Origin: an uncultured delta proteobacterium
GTDB taxonomy: Bacteria; Desulfobacterota; Desulfomonilia; UBA1062
Reading direction: 5' to 3'
Length of the DNA: 64,000 nt
Assembly (NCBI GenBank): GCA_963752595.1
Contig: CAVVYZ010000001.1
Coordinates: forward strand, 64,001-128,000
Numbering within the stretch: position 1 is the stretch's first letter; every line of letters starts with the position of its first letter. Positions 10,082-19,950 of this stretch are shown here, in pieces. The translations under genes were made by a program, and so were the position numbers. The notes below the pieces were generated by a model that worked only from the letters and a program-made list of their open reading frames with translations, did no database searches and was not told the origin of the DNA.

Positions 10082-13057
10082 ATGAAACCGCCGGGCAGAA
10101 TCAATCCGATGAATCTGATCACCCACACGGTTCTGGGTGCCATGGCTTTTGCGTTCAATCATTCCAGGACGTTGAAACGCCACATGAAAAACACCGATGG
10201 GTGGATCAATTTCTCCATTGGCATCCGCACGGGAAACGGCACGGTCGCCCAGACCGTCAGCTTCCAGAACGGCCGGGTCAGGGTATTGAAAGGCGTGAAC
10301 GGCGGTGCGGATGTCGTGCTCGAAACAGCGGACGACTCGGTCCTCAAGGAGCTCGCTTCTGCCCCGCCCAGCGAAGTGCTCAACATGATGCTCCGGAACA
10401 AGCTTACGATAGAGGGCAACGTGTCTTACCTGCAGCTCTTCACCTATTACCTTTCCCTGGTGTCGGGAAGCCTGCACGGCCGGATGCTCGCAAAGGCCCG
10501 CAGGCAAGATATAGAGTCTCGCAAAGAGGAATTTTGCGTCAATATCCCCGGTCTGGCCCAGGATCTGAAAGACAGGCGGAAAGAGCACCTGAAAGCCGAC
10601 AGGTCTGAAGACAGGGGCGTCGTGTATCTCAGTGATCCGTATCTTTCCAGCTATGACCTGGAGGACTTTCCCCGCCTCAAGACGCTCATGAAAAGGCACC
10701 GGAGCAGCAGGCCCGAGCTGTGCGCCGAGCGTCCGAAGCTGCTTACCGAGTGGTTCCGCAGGAACGGGTTCGAGGAAGCGAGCCCGGGCAGGCCGTGGCA
10801 GCCCGTACTGAGGCAGGGCCTTGCCTTCGAGCACCTGATGAGGCACAAAAGGCCGGTCATTGCCGATTCCCAGCTCCTGGCCGGATCGACCACCACCAAT
10901 CCCGTCTGCGGGGTGATCGTGTACCCCGATGCGCAGGCCACAATGATCTGGGGCGAGCTGAACTCGGTCGATAAACGGCTCCTGAACCCATACGATATCA
11001 GCGATGAAACAAAAGAAACGCTGAACGACATCTTCCCGTTCTGGACCAAAAGGACGTTCCATGAATGGGTGAACAGGGAATACAACAGGCCGCTCTCCTT
11101 GAGACTCAGCGAGCGTCTCGTCGCTATCGTCTGCTCCAAGGCTATCTGCGTGTCGCACACCGTTCCCGGCCTGAAAACATTTTTGGACAAGGGCACTTCC
11201 GGCATTATCGAGGATATCCGGGAGAGACTCTCCGAAGATACGCCGGATGAAGACGGCCGGGCAGTGCTGGAGGGCATGATCCATTCCCTGAAAGGCCTGG
11301 AGGCATACGCCGATCACCTGGCAGCAGAGGCACGGCTGCAGGCTGCCAAGGCCGCGGACCCTGCCCGGGAGAAGGAGCTGCTCCGCATGGCGGAGATCTG
11401 CGGACACGTTCCCCGCCTGCCTGCAGAAACGCTGGATGAAGCCGTCCAGAGCATCTGGACTGTCTGGATCGGCATGCACATGGAGAATACCAATGCCGGG
11501 CTTTCCCCCGGCCGGCTCGATCAGTGGCTGCAGCCTTATTACCTGGCAGACATGGAAAAGATCAGTGTGGAAGAAGGTCGTATAGATTACATCCACCGGG
11601 CCGTCGAGCTCATCGGCTGCCTTTATTTGAGGATATCAGACCATATGCCGCTCTCGCCGGACATCGGCAACATCCTCTTCGGCACGTCTCCTTCCAATCA
11701 GGTCATCACCCTGGGCGGCGTCACGCCGGAGGGCGAAGACGGCGTGAACGACATGACCTATATCTTCCTCAAGGTCACCGAGATGCTGGGCCTCCCGGAC
11801 CCGAACATCAATGCCCGCATCAACACTGAAAAGAACAGCGAGACCTATATCAGGAGGCTCTGTGAGGTGAACTTCACCACATCGGCCACGCCCTCCCTGC
11901 ACAACGATGCGGCGGTATTTGCCTCTTTGCGTCAGCACGGCTACCCGGAAGAGCACATCCGCGACTGGAGCGCCACCGGCTGCGTGGAGCCCACCATTTC
12001 CGGCCGCCATAACGGCCATACCGGCAGCATCCTCATCAACCTGGTCGCTGCCATGGAGATGGCACTTCACAACGGCTGCCACCCCCTCATGAAGTGGGAC
12101 TTAGGCCCCAAGACCGGAAACGTAGAAGACTTCCGCACCTTCGAAGAATTTTTCGAGGCCTATAGGGCCCAGATTACTTTCCTGATCGATCAGGCGGTGA
12201 GCTTGAACAACATGTTCGGAGAGGTACATGCGCGGATGAGGCCCACACCGTTCTTAAGCTCGACTATCGAGGGCTGCATCGAGAAAGCATGCGACATGAC
12301 GCGGGGCGGCGCCCGGTACAACACCACGGGTGCGGCGAACATCGGGCTGACGGATGTCACTGACAGCCTCATGGCTGTCAAGAAGCTGGTATTCGATGAG
12401 AGGAAGCTCAGCTTCTCTGAGCTCAAGGATGCCGTGGACTCCGACTTCCGGAACGCACCCGGCGTCAGGGCACTGGTACAGAACAAGGTGCCGCTGTTCG
12501 GCTCGGGCAATGCAGAAGCGCTTGCCATGGCCAACCGCGTTGCATCGCTCATCCACGGGATCTATACATCGCACCGCAACTTCCGCGGAGGCAGGTATAC
12601 GAGCGGGTTCTGGTCCATGTCCCAGCATACGGCCTACGGCAATCTTTCGGGCACGTTGCCATCGGGGAGGCTCGCCGGAAAGCCCTTCACGCCGGGGCTC
12701 ACTCCCGAGCCCCATGCCAGCCGGAGCTACCTTGATTTCATCTCGGATGTTGCACGGCTCAATCCCGAGAACATGGACAACAATATGGCATTCAACGTCA
12801 AGCTCTCACCTTCATCCAAGGACAGCCGGGAGAAAATTGTCGGCAACATGGCCGGCTACGTGAAAGCCTACTGCAGCCTGGGCGGCATGCAGATGCAGTT
12901 CAACGTGGTCGATTCCCGGATGCTCAAAGATGCTTATTCAAACCCCGAAAACTACCGCGACCTGATCGTGAGGATATCGGGATACAATGCCTACTTCGTC
13001 GCGCTTAACAGATCCCAGCAGCTCGAGCTCATCGAGAGGGCCGAGTACGGTGTCTGA
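10082..13057 (+). CDS. Glycyl radical enzyme (PFL-like/PflD family) with N-terminal SCP2-like domain
   Basis: Cys loop ATGCVEP (Cys codon 11981) and C-terminal Gly loop LIVRISGYNAYF (Gly codon 12980), plus GRLDQ and QFNVV motifs. An extra N-terminal region of about 150 aa resembles SCP2. Confidence 0.92.
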   Translation: MKPPGRINPMNLITHTVLGAMAFAFNHSRTLKRHMKNTDGWINFSIGIRTGNGTVAQTVSFQNGRVRVLKGVNGGADVVLETADDSVLKELASAPPSEVLNMMLRNKLTIEGNVSYLQLFTYYLSLVSGSLHGRMLAKARRQDIESRKEEFCVNIPGLAQDLKDRRKEHLKADRSEDRGVVYLSDPYLSSYDLEDFPRLKTLMKRHRSSRPELCAERPKLLTEWFRRNGFEEASPGRPWQPVLRQGLAFEHLMRHKRPVIADSQLLAGSTTTNPVCGVIVYPDAQATMIWGELNSVDKRLLNPYDISDETKETLNDIFPFWTKRTFHEWVNREYNRPLSLRLSERLVAIVCSKAICVSHTVPGLKTFLDKGTSGIIEDIRERLSEDTPDEDGRAVLEGMIHSLKGLEAYADHLAAEARLQAAKAADPAREKELLRMAEICGHVPRLPAETLDEAVQSIWTVWIGMHMENTNAGLSPGRLDQWLQPYYLADMEKISVEEGRIDYIHRAVELIGCLYLRISDHMPLSPDIGNILFGTSPSNQVITLGGVTPEGEDGVNDMTYIFLKVTEMLGLPDPNINARINTEKNSETYIRRLCEVNFTTSATPSLHNDAAVFASLRQHGYPEEHIRDWSATGCVEPTISGRHNGHTGSILINLVAAMEMALHNGCHPLMKWDLGPKTGNVEDFRTFEEFFEAYRAQITFLIDQAVSLNNMFGEVHARMRPTPFLSSTIEGCIEKACDMTRGGARYNTTGAANIGLTDVTDSLMAVKKLVFDERKLSFSELKDAVDSDFRNAPGVRALVQNKVPLFGSGNAEALAMANRVASLIHGIYTSHRNFRGGRYTSGFWSMSQHTAYGNLSGTLPSGRLAGKPFTPGLTPEPHASRSYLDFISDVARLNPENMDNNMAFNVKLSPSSKDSREKIVGNMAGYVKAYCSLGGMQMQFNVVDSRMLKDAYSNPENYRDLIVRISGYNAYFVALNRSQQLELIERAEYGV

Positions 13058-13132
13058 CAGCGGAAACGTGACCGGCAGCCTCTTATATTAAGCAGACCGG
13101 ATCGGCAGCCTGAATCCAATGACGGAGATACC

Positions 13133-14742
13133 ATGGAGAGTAAAGACTTAAAGGATTTGATAGATACCTTCTTTACCTGCGATAAACAGGAAGTCCTGCA
13201 GATCTTCAACGAGTTCCTGGATACCCTGGTGGCGGAGGAAACGCTCACGCTCCATCGAGCCCATGAGCAGGAATTACGAGACGGCCCAGTCGAACCCCGA
13301 GATCCACATCATCCCCGGCAATCTCAAGGATGCCCGCGACGCCATTTTCCCCTTCTTCTGGGGCACGGACGGGTGGTACTCGCGGCTCCACCTGGAAAAC
13401 GTCAAGGGCCCGGCCAACTATGCCTCGCTGGTCGGCTCGTTCGCCTGCCTGCTGAAAAACCCCAACCTCTGCGTCGACACCTACAGCCAGCGCTCCAACG
13501 AGCTGGAAGTCAAGGCCATCACGCGCTGGCCAATCTCGTGTTCTACCACACCGAAGACCCCTGGGGCGTCTTCACCATGGGCGGAACCATATCCAATCTC
13601 TACGGCGGCAAGATCGGCATTGAAAAGGTGCTGCCCGGCGCCATGCAGAAGGGGCTCTGCAGGCGAGGAGGCTCGTCGGGCATCGTCTCCGAAGCCGCCC
13701 ACTATTCCAATGCAACCCTGGCCGGCTGGCTGGGCATGGGGACCGACAACCTCATCGCCATCCCCACGGACGATGCCTGCAGCATGGATCTGACCTGCTC
13801 GAAGCCGAGCTGGAAAGGCTCTACGCGGGAGGCACGCCCTGGTGGCCTTTGTCATGGCCACCTTCGGCACCACCGATGCCTTCGGCATCGACGACATTGC
13901 CGGCATCCGCAAGATCATCGACGCAAAGTCAGCGGCAATACTCCGTGCCCGCGCCGCAACTTCACGTGGATGCCGCTGTCGGCTGGCCGCTGAGCTTCCT
14001 CACCGAGTACGATGCGGAAAAGAACCCGTTCAAGCTGAACAAGGATGTGCTGGCCGTGGTGGCAGAGCTCAGGGACAAAGGCCATGAGACATCAGGTATG
14101 CCGACACCGTCACCATCGATTTCCACAAGATGGGCTGGGGCCATTATCCGTCGAGCGCCTTCATCGTCTACAACCGGAACGACATCAGCCTGCTCTTCCG
14201 GAGCATGGAGCAGATGCCGTATTTCTCCGAGGCCGATTACCGGCACGATCCGGCCCTGTTCACCCTGGAGATGCTCGCGGCCCGGCATAGGCCCGTATTC
14301 GGTCATGGCCTCGCTGAACGGCATCGGGCTGAGGGCTAGCAGATGCTCGTGGCCCATGCCCTGGAGATGGCGCTCCTAGCGCAAAGAAGCAGATCGAGAA
14401 GCTCGAATACTGCAAGGTGCTCAACATGAAATGCCTGGGGCCCAGCGTCGTCTGGTGGGTTCTGCCCAAGGGGCGGAATGCGAAAACGGATCTATCGAGG
14501 ATTTTGTCCAGGGCAGGGTCCGGCAGGAAGAGTACCAGCGGTACTTCTCCGAGGTCCACCGTCTTTTCGAGAAGCGCAAGGCTGCCATGGATCCCAGGAA
14601 AGATGCCCGGCTCAGCTTCACCACATGCATGGGCTACCAGCCCGGGGGGATTGCCATGCCCGCATGGAAGGCCGTGTTCTTCAATCCCAAGACCGATGCC
14701 GAGGTGGTGAGGCAGATCATCAGAAGCATCGAAGAAGTGTAA
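13133..14742 (+). CDS. Group II PLP-dependent decarboxylase family protein (multiply frameshifted in this assembly)
   Basis: Pieces in successive frames: GVFTMGGTISNLYG, AAHYS, MATFGTTDAFGIDDI, LHVDAAVG and DFHKMGWGHYPSS (PLP Lys); SD GGAG at the start. Confidence 0.8.
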
Positions 14743-14830
14743 TGAGAGCCAAAAATATGAACCTGCTGATCGGCAGCTCACGGTTTCTGCCCTTAAGCAG
14801 GCTTAAGTTCTTTACCCGGAGGTTTAAAAG

Positions 14831-15898
14831 ATGAAGGGAAATCCGTTCGAAAGGCTCCAGACGTTTCTGGATCAGCTCCCTCTCGGGTTTCCCCGCACCG
14901 AGTCCGGCATTGAGATCGAGATCCTGAAAAGACTATTTACCGAAGAAGAAGCCGGGATTGCAATGCTTCTCACCCCGTTCTCCGAGGATGTGGAGCAGAT
15001 TGCGGCGAGGAACGGCATCAGCGGGGCGGGTCTCGGCGAAAAGCTGGAGTTCATGGCAAAAAAAGGCCTCTTTTTCAGGATCCGGCGTGACGGGAAGACA
15101 TATTACAACACCGCTCCCTTCATGATCGGACTCTATGAGTACTCGGTGCAGAAGATGGACCGGGAACTGGCAGAGCTCTATTCGCGATACTACGAAAAGG
15201 CCTACCAGATGGAGATGGGTGCAAGCGATGTGCCCGGGTTCAGGGTTATCCCCGTGAGCGAGAGTATCGATCCCGAGATACGAATCTACCCGTATCCTGC
15301 ACTCGAAATGGAGATCCGATCTGCCAGGAAGATCTCGGTTGCGGAGTGTATATGCCGCAAAGAAGCCGGAATGATCGGGAAGGGCTGCGGCGGGTCTCTC
15401 GAAACCTGCCTTCATTTCGGATCTGCAGCGGAATATTATATTGAAAACGGCATCGGCCGGGAGATCGATGCGGATGAGGCAATAGAGATCGTCAAGGCTG
15501 CCGACAAGGCCGGCCTGGTGCACGCAGGGGTGAACACCAGACATCTCTCCAATCTCTGCAACTGCTGCCCGTGCTGCTGTGCATCGATGAAAGGCATAAC
15601 CGCCAAAGGACTGGCCAGGCGCAAATACCTGAATCCCCTCTATGAGGCCGTTATCCATGATGATAATTGCACCGGCTGCGGGCTCTGTGCCGATCGATGC
15701 CCGGTCAGGGCCGTCACGATCGATGATGCATCCCGGATAAACAGAGACCTGTGCCTTGGCTGCGGTCTGTGTGCCGGCACCTGTCCAACGGGTGCGATAT
15801 CCCTCATCCCGCGGTCGGACAGGGAGGAGCCCTTCGAGCATATCCTCGATCTGGGTATGGCAATCCTTCAGGGCAAAGCTCGACCAGCCAAATCATGA
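14831..15898 (+). CDS. 4Fe-4S dicluster protein with N-terminal HTH-like region
   Basis: CICR, CNCCPCCC and two CxxCxxCxxxCP motifs (CTGCGLCADRCP, CLGCGLCAGTCP); SD GGAGG. Confidence 0.88.
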   Translation: MKGNPFERLQTFLDQLPLGFPRTESGIEIEILKRLFTEEEAGIAMLLTPFSEDVEQIAARNGISGAGLGEKLEFMAKKGLFFRIRRDGKTYYNTAPFMIGLYEYSVQKMDRELAELYSRYYEKAYQMEMGASDVPGFRVIPVSESIDPEIRIYPYPALEMEIRSARKISVAECICRKEAGMIGKGCGGSLETCLHFGSAAEYYIENGIGREIDADEAIEIVKAADKAGLVHAGVNTRHLSNLCNCCPCCCASMKGITAKGLARRKYLNPLYEAVIHDDNCTGCGLCADRCPVRAVTIDDASRINRDLCLGCGLCAGTCPTGAISLIPRSDREEPFEHILDLGMAILQGKARPAKS

Positions 15899-15935
15899 GC
15901 CCTGTAGAAAGCTTGCCTGCTGATTCGGCAGGCAG

Positions 15936-16085
15936 ATGAAAAAATCGAAGGAGTTCAGCATTGAATCCGGGCACCGCCGTTTAGGGGTCACCCTTGACGG
16001 TGAAGTCGAGAGTATGGATGCCCCGCTTCATTACCACATACTCTCCGAGGCATTACGGGTAATTGCTCCCCTGCCTGTGCAGTAA
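15936..16085 (+). pseudogene. C-terminal remnant of a diacylglycerol/lipid kinase (YegS/DAGK) family gene
   Basis: Manual translation: MKKSKEFSIESGHRRLGVTLDGEVESMDAPLHYHILSEALRVIAPLPVQ*. The DGE...P.....ALRVIAP pattern is the characteristic C-terminus of this family. Confidence 0.65.
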
Positions 16086-16088
16086 ACC

Positions 16089-16526
16089 ATGCGCAGCATT
16101 GTTCATTTATCCGACCTTCATTTCGGACGCGTGGATCATACCATGCTCAAGCCTCTTGCTGCCGCAGTATGGGAAATCATGCCCGACCTGGTGGCGATAT
16201 CAGGGGATCTCGCGCAGCGGGCACGGGTCGAAGAGTTCAAGGAAGCAAGAGCATTTCTGGACTCGCTTCCGGTTCCCCAGATCATTGTTCCCGGGAACCA
16301 CGACATTCCGCTCTACAATCCATTCTTTCGTTTTCTGCTTCCTCTTGCAAGGTTTACCCGGTATATATCTGCCGACCTGTCGCCTTTGTATGCGGATCAG
16401 GAAATCGCTGTACTGGGCGCCAATGCCACCCGTTCGCTGGTGGCAAGGCGAAGAAGGGAAAAGATATTTTTCCTGAAATACGTGACCCTGCCCCCATTTC
16501 AATTGTTGCTGCCGTGCTTGTTATAA
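16089..16526 (+). pseudogene. Truncated CpdA/Icc-like metallophosphoesterase
   Basis: HLSDLHFG, ISGDL and PGNHD are present. Similarity is lost after ANATRSL, and the C-terminal HH and GHxH ligands are missing. Confidence 0.75.
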
Positions 16527-16665
16527 TCTTACCTGTATCCGGAATCTGAAGGCAATCGGATAACATTGTCTTGATATTGTATGAGAAAGAGGAGAGCCGG
16601 TGTGCCTGCCGGCTCTCATTGTTTCGCACTTCCTGAGGGAGTGTCTTCAAAAGGGTATCTTGCCG

Positions 16666-17343
16666 TTACTCTTTTCTCTTTTCCCCGCTGCTGGGTGCTT
16701 CATTTGTTTCAATTTCCAGATCTTCACTCCTTATTTCACCGCTCACTTCGCGCTGCTCTGTATGAACGACTTTCTTGGCATGCACCGTCTCTCTTACCTT
16801 CTGGCGTTTTGAAATCTCTACTTCCTCTTCCATGAGCGGGATGGATGTACTCTGCTCGGTAAAGGCCCTTTTGTCCTCGGTTGATTCGCTGGTCGGGCTC
16901 CCCGGCGTACGTTCAATGACGACCTCTTCCTTGGTCACGGGGATCGAGAAAGACTGCACCTCTGTATGCACAATCCTATTCAACCGGACTTCTCCCGTCT
17001 TATGAGCTGTCTTATGTGCCTGAAGCTCTTCTTCATGGAGAGGGATCTCGATATCCCCACTGGTTTTGAGCGCATCAAATTTATTCCATCCTTCATATTC
17101 CTCACTCTTCCAATCGCTCAATTCCTTGCCCTGCCTGTCAATGATCAACTCATTGTCGTGGATATCTACGACATTGTCATAGCGGACGAAAAAATCTCTG
17201 GGAAAGAAAAACCCTTTTTCGATATCGATGCTGTCTTCATTCAGGGCTGTAACCCTTCCCAGCTTCTCTCCGTCACGGGTGTATGCAACCATGTCACCTT
17301 TTATATTCGGGTGATCCCTTAAAAACTCTTCTCTTCTCATCAT
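16666..17343 (-). CDS. PRC-barrel + YsnF/AvaK (DUF2382) stress-associated protein
   Basis: AYTRDGEKLGRV (PRC-like) and IPLHEEEL...GEVR...IPVTKEEVVIER...IPLMEEEVEISKR repeats; SD GGAAAGGAGA before the ATG at 17343. Confidence 0.85.
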   Translation of the reverse strand: MMRREEFLRDHPNIKGDMVAYTRDGEKLGRVTALNEDSIDIEKGFFFPRDFFVRYDNVVDIHDNELIIDRQGKELSDWKSEEYEGWNKFDALKTSGDIEIPLHEEELQAHKTAHKTGEVRLNRIVHTEVQSFSIPVTKEEVVIERTPGSPTSESTEDKRAFTEQSTSIPLMEEEVEISKRQKVRETVHAKKVVHTEQREVSGEIRSEDLEIETNEAPSSGEKRKE

Positions 17344-17715
17344 GGTGTAATCTCCTTTCCACAATTGGATTTTTATTCCGGATATTCCTGTCTCATGCCT
17401 CTGCTTCTTCCGTTTTTTTCTCACCAAGCATGGAAACAGAAAATATGGAAAAAATAATGCCTGACAGAAACCTATGGCTGCTCTTTTGTCCCGTTCACGG
17501 GAGGTATAAAATCCATCTCTCGATGCCCTGGAGGAGTAATCTGCCTGGTATTCATTATCTCCCCTCCTTTGGCCTTTTAAGACAGTTTCGGTGGAGGTTG
17601 CTTTTTTGTAGGGATGCAGTTCTGAAAGTCAATAGGGGGTTGGCGGGATGTCTCTACAAAAATGCATTTGCATATTTCGACAGGGTAGGTCCAAGATATA
17701 TATACAGATAACATA

Positions 17716-18669
17716 GTGAGATTACCCGATAGAGGAGAAATATCCGTACGAAGGGGATTGTTCATGAAAAGGCTTGCAGCAGGGTCGATTACTGAGTTCA
17801 TATCCGTGGCAGGTAATTCGTTTTATCCCGACTATGTGATCAAGGGGCGCCGGAAAAACCTGATGATAGAGGCAGGGCTGAATCTTATGGGGCCGCTCTA
17901 CTGCAGATCCTTGGACGAAATCCTGGGCAGCCGGGACCTGCTTGATTATCTCTTCATCACCCATTCCCATTACGACCACCTGGGCGCGGCACATTATCTC
18001 AAGCGACTTATCCCTCAGCTTGCGATCGGCGCTCACGAGCGGGTAGCTCCTCTGCTGCAGAAGGAATCGGTCCTCGCGTTGATGAGCCGGCTGAGCGAGA
18101 TCCAGCGTGAGCTGTTTCGGGATATCGCAGGGGATGAAGACCTTTCTATCAGGCCCGTGGAGATAGAGCTTTCCCTGAAAGAAGGGGATGAGATCGACCT
18201 GGGAGGGATTTCATGCCGCGTATATGAGGTCCCAGGCCACACAAAGGACTCGCTTGCGTATTTCATACCTCAGATCCGGGCCCTGTTCTCCGGCGAAGCG
18301 GCCGGGGTACCCCAGGGAATGGATGCGGACGATCCGCAGGTGGAATTCCTCTCCTCATATAATGATTACCTGGTCTCTCTGGAAAGGATGATTTCCCTTG
18401 AGCCCGAGATACTATGCGTCGGCCACGGCTGGGTTTTCACCGGCGAGGATGTCTCTCCATTCCTCCGCACATCCCACGCTGCGACATTCGAGTACCGGAA
18501 GCTCATTGAATGCTACCTCGATAGCGCAGGCAGCGATATTGAAAAGGCCGTAGAGATGATGACAAGGAAGGAATACGACGAAAAGGGGACTATTTTCCAG
18601 GAGCGCAACGCATATATAACAAACCTGTCGGCTCAGGTACGGCATATCGCAGGCCTGAATGGATACTGA
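17716..18669 (+). CDS. MBL-fold metallo-hydrolase
   Basis: THSHYDHLG (HxHxDH), PGHT and GHG motifs; the start is possibly the ATG at 17764. Confidence 0.88.
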   Translation: MRLPDRGEISVRRGLFMKRLAAGSITEFISVAGNSFYPDYVIKGRRKNLMIEAGLNLMGPLYCRSLDEILGSRDLLDYLFITHSHYDHLGAAHYLKRLIPQLAIGAHERVAPLLQKESVLALMSRLSEIQRELFRDIAGDEDLSIRPVEIELSLKEGDEIDLGGISCRVYEVPGHTKDSLAYFIPQIRALFSGEAAGVPQGMDADDPQVEFLSSYNDYLVSLERMISLEPEILCVGHGWVFTGEDVSPFLRTSHAATFEYRKLIECYLDSAGSDIEKAVEMMTRKEYDEKGTIFQERNAYITNLSAQVRHIAGLNGY

Positions 18670-18735
18670 AGGCAAAAAGAGCCGGGCGTGTCTTCATTAA
18701 GATGATACCTCTTAAGCTTGCTGCGAAGTTTCTCT

Positions 18736-18820
18736 TTCTTCCTCTCCCGACCCGCTTTGCGGGTACCCCGGGGAGAGGATAAAGGCGAGGGGATATAATC
18801 AAAAGGCTTTTTGATACCCC
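18736..18820. repeat. Intergenic palindromic repeat, copy 1
   Basis: The 25-nt core TTCTTCCTCTCCCGACCCGCTTTGC is identical to 40232-40256, and similarity continues to AAGGCTTT(T/G)TGATACCCC. Nested hairpin between convergent genes. Confidence 0.85.
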
Positions 18821-18924
18821 GTCTGCAGTCTGTAAAGATGCCCGGCTAATACCATGAAGGGACAGAGCAGGACAGACGTTCGGCCGGCCTGCTCCACCTT
18901 TGGTATTCAAGCTTGGTCGCGGTT

Positions 18925-19950
18925 CTATTTGGCGTTCAGTTTATATCCGGAAGGGACATCGAAGGTGCCGGAAGGCAGCGAGTCCACTTTAATGGACTTT
19001 ACCTCGGTTGTGCTCGAGAAGAACGGAGCGTTCTCGTCAGCCTTCATTCCATCCGACATCTTCTGGGAGATTACCCCTGAAAGGATGCCTCCCCAGCCGC
19101 TGGAGACATCGATGCCTCCGGATGAGCCTGCCTGTTCACTCTTGGGCGCCGGCTTCTTGTCATCTTCAATTCTCCAGTTTATGGTTGTACGGATCGGGTA
19201 GCCTTTGACCTTTGCCATCTCTTTCTTGAAGCCTTTGAACTCTTTTTCCATGCCTTTTTCCGGAGCCCCGCTCATCATGGAAAAAACGCTCATGCCGTAC
19301 TGCTTCGTCTCTTCCGGTGTGAGGTTCATGCCCGCCTTCTTCATGTATGCCTTTGAAAAGGCCATCTCCTCGGCCTGCAGTTTCTTGGTGGATGCATTTT
19401 CAGGGGTTGTCCAGAGATTGGTGGCCATGGTGTTTTTCGTTTTGGCCTTTGTATCCGGATTCTCTATCTCGATGAGCCAGGTAACAAGGTATTCCTCGCA
19501 GGGAAAGCTGTTGATCGTCTCGAATTTGCCGGTCTTCTTGACCGTGAACTCGCTCTTTGTCACCCGGACATTGGGCTTCTCGCCTGCGTCTTCTTTTTTT
19601 GCCTTCTCTTCCTTGGCAGCCGGATCATCAGGCCTGAAAGAGGTAATAGGATCTTCGGTATAGACCTTTTTATTCGGATCAAGGACCCACATGACACCCT
19701 TATCGATCCGGGTAATCGTGGTCGACTCGCTTCCGCCTGCCGCCCAGGAAAGAATGGCCCCGGTGAACTTGATCGACGAGGATTCCCACTGCTTGTCCCC
19801 TTGAATCCGTGAGACCGTGGTCTCCTCGTATGCCCCGCTGCCTTTGAAACCGCCGAACTTGGTGAATGATTCAACCGTGGCATCGGCCCACACGGATGAA
19901 GCAGCCATGAACAAGCACAACGCCGACATCAGAACACCCAGTTTTTTCAT
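18925..19950 (-). CDS. Secreted DUF4412-like protein
   Basis: SD GGAGG before MKKLGVLMSALCLFMAASSVWA; RIDKGVMWVLDPNKKVY, KTGKFETINSFPCEEY and C-terminal FDVPSGYK are typical of DUF4412. Confidence 0.7.
   Translation of the reverse strand: MKKLGVLMSALCLFMAASSVWADATVESFTKFGGFKGSGAYEETTVSRIQGDKQWESSSIKFTGAILSWAAGGSESTTITRIDKGVMWVLDPNKKVYTEDPITSFRPDDPAAKEEKAKKEDAGEKPNVRVTKSEFTVKKTGKFETINSFPCEEYLVTWLIEIENPDTKAKTKNTMATNLWTTPENASTKKLQAEEMAFSKAYMKKAGMNLTPEETKQYGMSVFSMMSGAPEKGMEKEFKGFKKEMAKVKGYPIRTTINWRIEDDKKPAPKSEQAGSSGGIDVSSGWGGILSGVISQKMSDGMKADENAPFFSSTTEVKSIKVDSLPSGTFDVPSGYKLNAK

Noticed and set aside
10061-11596. Long antisense ORFs (for example 511 aa opposite the GRE; also 42799-43806, 43819-44892, 47713-48582, 14933-15841)
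   Set aside because: They are shadows of GC-rich coding genes on the opposite strand, with no motifs or SDs, and overlap well-supported CDSs.
13133-14742. Programmed frameshifting or recoding in the PLP enzyme
   Set aside because: There are too many shifts at irregular sites without slippery-site or stimulator patterns, so sequencing error is more parsimonious.
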